Shown here piece after piece: positions 56,043-64,000 of a DNA stretch of 64,000 nucleotides. The translations under genes and the position numbers were made by a program. Source of the stretch: the human T2T-CHM13v2.0 reference genome, Homo sapiens. Each line of letters starts with the position of its first letter. The first letter of the stretch is position 1. Under the pieces are notes generated by a model that was not told the DNA's origin, ran no database searches, and saw only the letters and a list, made by a program, of their open reading frames with translations. Location: assembly GCF_009914755.1 (NCBI RefSeq), contig NC_060937.1; one strand, 5' to 3'.

Positions 56043-59000
56043 TAAGAGGAAACTGACTCATGTGATCATATAAACTGAGCAGTTCCACAATATGCAGTTG
56101 GAAAACTGTAGACCCAGGAACGCTAACAGTGTAGCTCCAGTCCACGTCCTAATGTCTGAGAATTAGGAGAGCAAATGGCCTAAACATTGAGAAGAGTTTG
56201 TGTCCATAAAACCCGAGCACTTTTCTATTAAAAATAAAAAATCAGAATATGAAATATGATTTAATAAAAATAAAAGAAAAATGTGTTCTGACTGATGTAA
56301 AATATAGACTTAAAGATAACATTTGTTATTTATAAGATAACTTGAAGAAATTAAAAATGTAGAAAAAGGATAAAAATATTGAATATGTTATTTTTAAAAC
56401 AGCAGCAATAAAAGATAGATCTAAGAGATCTATCATTTCTGGATAAAATAAAAGAATTCCATTATCCCATTCCAACAAAAGAATAGAAACAATTAGAGAC
56501 TGAAGAATTATCAAATAATGAAATGAAGAAATTTTTCTGATTTGAAGCCATTTTTATCTTCAGATGGATTCATCTCCTTGTTATATCTCTAAAATGAAAA
56601 ATGTGTACCTACATGTGAATAACCACAATGATATCAAACTCAACATGACCTAAAGTGGAGCTCATCATTTTTGTGTATAAATACTTTAACTCAGAAGTGA
56701 GTTACCTTGGATATCTTGGGGTCACAGAAAGCAAAAGAAAGCTCAGTGACTTATTGCAGTACTAGAAAACCTGTAGTTTAATAGATAGTAAATAATATAA
56801 GAGAATACAAGTTCCTGAGAAGAAACTACAAAACCTCTCTAAGCGGTAAATTACACACAGAAGCCCAGAGAAGATGTACCTCTATACAAGGTTTGTAAGG
56901 CCAACAATCTCTCTAGGCAGTCTGATTGAAGAAAGTCTTCCCCCTGTACAAAATCAGTCTGCAAAGATTAAAAGAGGTTGCTTTTTGTTTGTTTTTTTTT
57001 TCAAATACACAAATCATATCCAAAAAATGACAAAGCATGTAAAGAAACAGAAAAACATGGCCCAAAGGAAAAAATATGAATCTCTAAAAGCCCATCTCAA
57101 GGAAGCATAGGTCTATGAATTATTTGACAAAGAATTCAAAATAATCAACTCAAAGAAGCTCAATGTACTAGAAAAGAATACAGATAGACAACTAAATCGA
57201 ACCAGGAAAACAATGAAAGAACACAATGACAGCATCAACTAGGACATATAAACTATATTTAAAATAAAACCAAACAAATTCTGGCACGCAAGGACACAAT
57301 AACTAAATTTATAAATTAACTAGAAGGAATCAACAGCAGACTTCCAAGCAAAAGAAAGAATTAGAAAGTTCAAAGTCAGATCATTTGAAGTAATCAACTC
57401 AGAGGAACAAAATGAAAAAATAACAAAGGAAAGTGACGGAAGCCTAAGGATTTTATGAGACACCAGCAAGAGCCTCAGGACAAAAAAAAAAAAAAAAAAA
57501 GAGGGAGAGAATGAGGCAAAGAGCTTATTTGAAGAAATAATGGCCAAAAACTTTCCAAATCTGAGTAAGGAAATGTGAACCTGAATTCAAGAACCTCAAA
57601 GGACTGAGACTAAAGTGAAATCAAAGAGGCTCACAAGACCTATTATGATCAAACTGTCAAACAGATTTATTACCAAACTAAGAATTTTGTCAGTAGCAAT
57701 AGAAAAGTGACTTGTCAGGTACAAAGGAGCTTCCATAAGTGGAATGTGTGGTGATATCCTTAAAGCACTAAAAGAAAAAAAAAACTTTAAACCAAGAACA
57801 CTTTATCCTGTAAAACTTTCAAAAATAAAGGAGAAATAAACACATTCCAAAAGTTGAGGGAGTTCATCCCCACTAGAATTGCCTTATAAGAATAGCTGAA
57901 AAGAGTGCTTCAAGTTGAAGCATCAAAGAATGATAGACAGTAACATGAAAGCATACAATAATATATGGGTCTCTGGCAAAAGTAAATATACATACAAATA
58001 CAATTTTCTATATTTCTACAATAATGATGCATAAAACACTTGTAATTCAAGTATAAAGGATAAAAGCATAAGAATAACTGTAACTATAAATGTATATTAA
58101 TCATACAAAAATTAAAAAGATGTAATTTGTGGCATCAAAACATAAAATAGAGGAGAGATGTAAAGCAATTGAGTTTTTATATGTAATTCAATTTATTATC
58201 AGTTTAAAATAAATATTTATAAGATGATTTATTTAATCTTCATGGTAATCAATAGGAAAATACCTATAGAAATGCCTGAGAGAAAATTGGAAAGGTATCA
58301 AAGGATGTCACTAAGAAAAAAATTAATGAAACACAAATCAGCGAAAGAGGAAAAGACAGACAAAATAGCCACAAGATGTAGAGAAAACAATAAAGAAATT
58401 GCAATCGTACATTCTCTTATTAGTAATTACTGTTTAAAAAAATAACTAAACTCTTCATTCAAAAGACATGATTGCTGAATAAATTAAAAAATAAGATCTA
58501 AATATATGCTGTCTACAAGATACTAGCTTTAGATATAAGAATATACATAGGCTGAGGATAGAAAGATGGAAAAAGATGTTCCATGGAAATACTAACCAAA
58601 AGAGAGCAGAAGTGGTGATACTTATGCTAGAAAAGATAGACTTTAAGTCAAGACCTGTCACATTAGACAAAGAAGGTCATTATATAGTATACAAGGTCAA
58701 GTCAATAAAAAGATATAATGATTATAAATATACATGTGCATAACAGAGAGCAGTCAAATATATAAAACAAACATTTACACCACCGAAAGGAGAAATAAGT
58801 GGTAACACAGAAATAATAGACAATTCCAACACTTTCTATAATGGATAGATTCACTGGACCAAAAAAAAATCAGTTAAGTAGAAGACTTGAACAACGCTAT
58901 AGACCAACCAGACCCAATAGACGTATACAGAACACTCTACCCCACTACAGCCGAATACACATTATTCTAAAGTGCTCATAAAACATCCTGAAGAAAAATT

Positions 59001-59277
59001 ACACGTTAACCACATCACAAAGCTTAACAAATTTAAGAAGTTTGAAATCATCTTAAGTATACTTTGTGACCATAAGTAACTCAAATTAGAAGAACAATAG
59101 CAAAATGAAAACTTTAAAATGTACAAATATGTCAAAATTAAGCAAAACATTATTGAAAAAACAATGGACATAGGAGAAATAACAAGGGAAGTAACAGATG
59201 AGAACTGAAAATAAAAATATAACACACTTATGGGATGCAGCAAAAGTAGTACTAATGGAGGAGTTGGTAGTGATAAA

Positions 59278-60815
59278 TGCCAATATTTAAAAATAAGGCT
59301 GGTATGAGATGGTATACCATTGTAGTTTTGATGAGCATTTTTTTAATACGCTTGCTGGACACACGTATGTCTTATTTCCAGAATTGTCTACTTACGTCCT
59401 TTGCGCATTTTTAGTGACGTTATTTGTTTTTTGCTTGTTGAATTTTTTTAAGTTCCTTATAGATTATATATATTAGACCTCCCTCATATGCACAGTTTGT
59501 GAATATTTCTTCCCAGTTGTCTGTTTACTCTGTTGATAGTTTATTTTGCTGTGCAGCAGCTCTTTAGTTTAATTAGGTCCCACTGGTCAATTTTGTTTTG
59601 GTTGCCATTGCTTTTGGGAACTTAGTCATAAGTTATTTCCCAGGACCCATGTCTGGAGTGGTATTTCCTAGGTTTTCTTCTAGAATTTTTATAGTTTTAG
59701 AACTTATATTTAAGCCTTTAATCCATCATGCATTAATTTTTGTATATGGTGACAAATGGGGTGCAGTTTCATTCTTCTGCATAAAGCTAGCTAGTTATTC
59801 CAGCATCATTTATTAAATACAGAGTCATTTCCCCATTAATTATTGTCAGCTTTGCCAAAGATCAGATGATTGTAGGTGTATGGCTTTATTTCCAGGTCCT
59901 CTACCCTGTTTCATTAGTTTATGTTTTCATTTTTGTACCCAGTACTATGCTGTTCTTGTTACTGTAATCTTGCAGTATAATTTGAATTCAGGTAGGGTAA
60001 TGCCTCAGGCATTGTTCTTTTTTCTTAAGATGATTGTTTTGGTTATTTCACTTTTTTTGTGGGTTTCCAAATGAATTTTAGAATAGTTTGAGATACTATC
60101 TCATACAAGTCAAGATGATTAATATTAAATGCCAAAACACAACAGATGTTTGCGAGGTTGCAAAGAATATGAAATGTGTATACACCGTTGATGGGAATAT
60201 AAATTAGTTCAGCCACTGTGGAAAGCAGTTTTGAGATTTCTCAAAGAACTAATAACAGAACTACTATTTGACCCAGCAATCCCATTACTGGGTATATACC
60301 CAAAGAAAAATAAATTGCTCTACCAAAATGACAAATGAACTCAAATGTTTATTGCAGCACTATTTACAATAGCTAAGAGATGAAATCAACCTAGATGTCC
60401 ATCAATGGTGGACTAGATAAAGATAATATAGCTCATATACACCATGGAATACTACACAGCCATAAAAAAGAATGAAATTATGTTCTTTGCAGCCACATAC
60501 ATGAAGGTTAAGGCCACTATCCTAACTAAATTAATGCAGTAACAGGAAACCAAATACCACATGTTATCCATTATAAGTGGGAACTAAACATTGAGTACAC
60601 CTGAACATAAAGATAAGGACAATAGACGTTGGGGACTATTAGAGAGGGAGAGAAGGAGGGTGGGGTGAAGTTTAAAAAGCTACCTATCAGGTGCTAAGCT
60701 CATCACCTAGGTGATGTGATCAATTGTTCACCAAACCTCAGCAACATGCAATTTACTCATGTAACAAACCTGCACATGTATCCCCTGAACTTAAAAGTTG
60801 GAAAGAAAAAAATAA
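59278..60815 (+). mobile_element. L1PA15/16-like insertion with inverted 5' part
   Basis: Antisense ORF2 segment ~59278-60088, then sense segment ~60089-60815 ending 'ccaaacctcagcaacatgcaatttactcatgtaacaaacctgcacatgta..aaaagttggaaagaaaa'. Confidence 0.88.
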
Positions 60816-61363
60816 TAAGTGGAAAGAACTAAAGTCAAAAACCTATGTTTATAATTCAAGGAGCTAGAAAAATAAGAATAGACTAAACCAAAGTAAGCAG
60901 AAGTAAGAGGGTGATACAAATTAGGAAATAATGAAGCAAACAAAGAAAACCAAGTATAAAAAATTAACAGAAATATAAATTTGGTTTTGAAAAGATCAAC
61001 AAAATTAACAATATCCTTATCTAAATTGACTAGGGAAAAAAGGAGAAAAAATTTAAACAACAAAAACCAGATAGGAAAGAACAAACATTACACTAGATCT
61101 CACAGAAAGAAAAAGCATTATAAGAGACTGCTAGGGACAATTAGATGCTAAATTTGATAACCTAGAAGAAATGCATAAATTTATAGAAACGTACAACATA
61201 TCAATCCTCAATCATGAAAAAATAAAAAAAAAATTGAACAAACCTAAATAATAATGAGACTAAATCGGTAAAAACAAAAACCTCTCATCAAAGAAAAGCC
61301 CAAGACAAGGGATAATTCTACCAAACATTTGAAGAAGAATTAACGCCAATATTTAAAGTCCTC

Positions 61364-61919
61364 TGTGTTAGGGTTCTCTAGAAGGATGGAACTAACGGGA
61401 TCTATGTATATGTAAAAGGGAGTTTATTAAGGAGAATTGACTCACACGGTCACAAGGCGAAGTCCCATGATAAGCTGACTACAAGTTGAGGAGCAAGGAA
61501 GCCAGTAGTGGCTCAGTCTGAGACCCAAAACCTCAAAAGTAGGGAAGCCGACAGTAGAGCCTTCAGTCTGTGGTGGAAGGCTTGAGAGCCCCTGGCAAAC
61601 CGCCGGTGTAAGTCCAACAGTCCAAAAGCTAAAGAGCTTGAAGTTTGATGTTCGTGGGCAGGAAGAATCAGTATGGGAGAAAGACGAAGGTGGGAAGACT
61701 CAGCAAGTCAGATTCTTCCACCTTCTTTTGTCTGCTTTTCCTAGCTGCTCTGGCAAATTGGACGGTGCCCAACCACACTGTGAGTGGGTCTTCCTGAGGG
61801 TCGGTCTTCCTTTCCCAGTCCACTGACTCAAATGTTAATCTCTTCTGGCAGATACACCCAGAAACAATACTTTGCATTCTTCCATCCAATAAAGTTGATA
61901 CTTAATATTAATCATCACG
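61364..61919 (-). mobile_element. MLT2A2-like ERVL solo LTR
   Basis: 'ttagggttctctaga..', 'gtccactgactcaaatgttaatctc', 'aatattaatcatcac'; TSD tcctc/tccac with 1 mismatch. Confidence 0.9.
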
Positions 61920-61929
61920 TCCACCAAAG

Positions 61930-61972
61930 TAAATAAATAAATAAATAAATAAATAAGTAAATAAATAAATAA
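61930..61972. repeat. (TAAA)n tetranucleotide repeat
   Basis: Visible directly. Confidence 0.95.
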
Positions 61973-62030
61973 GAATGCTTTACATTTATTCTGTGAGGCC
62001 AGTCTTACTTTGATACCAAATTCAGACAAT

Positions 62031-63545
62031 GGAAGGGGGCCGGAGATGGCAGACTAGAGGCAGCTAATGTACACCACTCTTGTAGAGAGGAAAGATCTGA
62101 GAAACCATGTTAGGATCCATCAAGGCAGCCAGGGAACACAGAGAAGAGAGGAGCAAAGTTGGACACCAGCCTGTCTGTACTCAGCACAGAGCCAGAAAAA
62201 CCTCTCTAACATGGGAAAGGGTGAGTGAGTGAGAGCCCCCAGGGATTAACGCTTTCTATAGAGAATGGGAGAATCAACCCGGCCCCCCCACCACACTTTT
62301 AGACTGAGGCAGAGAGCCACCTGGACATTTTGCAGGGCAAATCCTGAGTCCAAGCAGACCTCCACAAAGCTTGGGTCCCAGAGCAGACCAGCACTGGTGT
62401 CACAGCCCCAATAGAGGCTGCAGTTGCAGTACTCGGGAAAACTAACATTGCTCCACCACCACTTGTTAGCCAGGGCTCTGCACGAGCTTCCAGACCAGCC
62501 ATCTTGCTTTGGCCCAAACCTGGCCTGCCATCCCTTCCACCCCTGCCACTGGTAACCAACAGGAAACTCTACCTAGAGCTATTGGCCCAGCAGTCCCACT
62601 TTTGTGAAAACTCATCTGGAGGGCGCAGTCTCCTGTAGTAATGGGAAATATCCTGATGTCAGAGCAAGAGACCCCACTCACCCCTGCCACTGGCAGTCAG
62701 GTGGTAGGTGCCTGCTAGAGCCTCTGACCCAATGGCCCAACTTCTGTGTGAACTCAGCAGGAGGGTGTAGCTTCCTGTTGACACAGGAAACACCCAGACA
62801 GCAGAGCAAGAGACCACACCCACCTCCACCACTGGTATCCAGGCAGGCAATGCCTGCTGGAGCTTCTAGCCCAGCAGCTTTTCTTCTACACAAATCCAGC
62901 TGGAGGGTAGAGAGTCCTGTTGTCCCAGGAAACACCAGGATGGCAGGGTGTATGACCTAATAGCCAGGCAGGCAAAACCTGCTAGAGCTCCCAGCCCAGT
63001 GGTCTTATGTGTGCCTGAATTTGCCAAGGGGTGCAGCCTACTCTTTCCCTGGAAACACTCAGAGGACAGACATGGCAGTCTCACCCAACCAGACCCCCAG
63101 GTTGTTTTCCATAATTAACCTCATAAAGCTGACAAACACAGTACAAGTATTTCATAACACACTTTCAAGTATTAACAGCAGAATAGACAAAGCTGAGGAG
63201 AGCATCTCAGAGCTGGAAGGTCCTTTGCAGGAAAATGGATGGAACTAGAGGCCACCATCCTTAGCAAACTAACATAGAAGCAGGAAACCTAATACCACAG
63301 GTTCTCACTTATAAGTGGGAGCTAAATAAAGAGAACACATGGACAGACGGGAACAACGGACACTGGGGCCTACTTGAGGATGATAGGTGAGAGGAGAAAG
63401 AGGTTCAGAAACAAAAAAAAAACTGCTGGGTGTTATGCTTAGTAACTGGGTGATGATATAATCTGCACACCAAACTCCTGAGTCAGAAGTTTACCTATAT
63501 AAGAAATCTGCACATGTACCCCTGAACCTAAAACAAAATTAAAAT
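62031..63545 (+). mobile_element. Internally deleted L1PA13/14-like element (5'UTR, ORF1 sliver, 3' end)
   Basis: 5' 'agatggcagactagaggcagct'; ORF1 piece ~63118-63219 joined directly to 'gtcctttgcagg..atggatgga.ctagaggcc' and the 3'UTR. Confidence 0.8.
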
Positions 63546-64000
63546 ATTTTTTAAATTAGATGATTTCACAAGAAAGGAATACTAAAGATTGATATCCCTA
63601 GATAAATATTAATGCAAAAATCCTCACCAAACACTAGCAAACCAAATTTAACAACACATTAAAAGGATTATTCATTATAACCAAGTGAGATTTATTTATA
63701 CAATGCAAAGATGTTTCAGTATACTGAAACCAATCAATAAAATACACATTAAAATAATGAAGAATATAACCACATTATACTTTCAATTGATTCAGAAAAA
63801 GCATTTGGCAAAATTCAAATATGTTTCATAATAAAACACTCAATGAAGTAGAAACAGAAGGAAATTACGTCAATATAATCAAGGCCAAAATATATTCACA
63901 TCTTTAACATTATTCTCAATGGTAAAAACTATTTACCTCTAAGATCAGAAACAATAAATGTATGTCTAATATCACCATTTCTATTCAACATAGTAGTAGA

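Larger units (their letters stand above)
55252..56180 (-). mobile_element. MLT2 (ERVL LTR) fragment split by Hsmar2
   Basis: 'tgtgttactcggggttttccagagaaacaga' at 55252; resumes ~56045 'gaggaaactgactcatgtgatcat...agacccaggaa'. Confidence 0.7.
56690..64000 (+). mobile_element. Old L1M host element (ORF1, ORF2 EN-RT), interrupted by three younger insertions and running off the window
   Basis: Collinear L1 segments at 56690-59277, 60815-61363, ~61972-62030 and ~63555-64000. Confidence 0.8.

Overview
This is AT-rich, repeat-dense primate DNA, very likely human given the AluJ/S/Y, L1PA and THE1 elements. It is intergenic or deep intronic. I see no protein-coding gene, tRNA/rRNA gene, CpG island or CRISPR array. 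The ORFs that resemble real proteins are broken fragments of L1 ORF1/ORF2, Tigger1 transposase or Alu; the rest look like noise. The window holds a full-length but dead L1PA8-like element with target-site duplications (TSDs), several older L1M/L1PA copies and about 10 Alu/FLAM copies. It also holds MaLR/ERV1/ERVL LTRs and internal remnants, DNA transposon fossils (Tigger1, MER44, MER47, Hsmar2, Zaphod/MER115-like) and simple repeats. I found no convincing novel biological system. The most notable items are a dense bHLH E-box/SOX/FOX cluster in unique sequence (candidate enhancer, ~52.7-52.84 kb), two long near-perfect hairpins (9.34 and 23.94 kb), and a 161-bp local templated copy of an L1/Alu junction. 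Also notable are a ~700-bp palindromic AT minisatellite grown from an AluY tail, a twin-primed L1 and an internally deleted L1. Subfamily names come from my recall of consensus sequences, not from an alignment run. Boundaries without a stated TSD are approximate.
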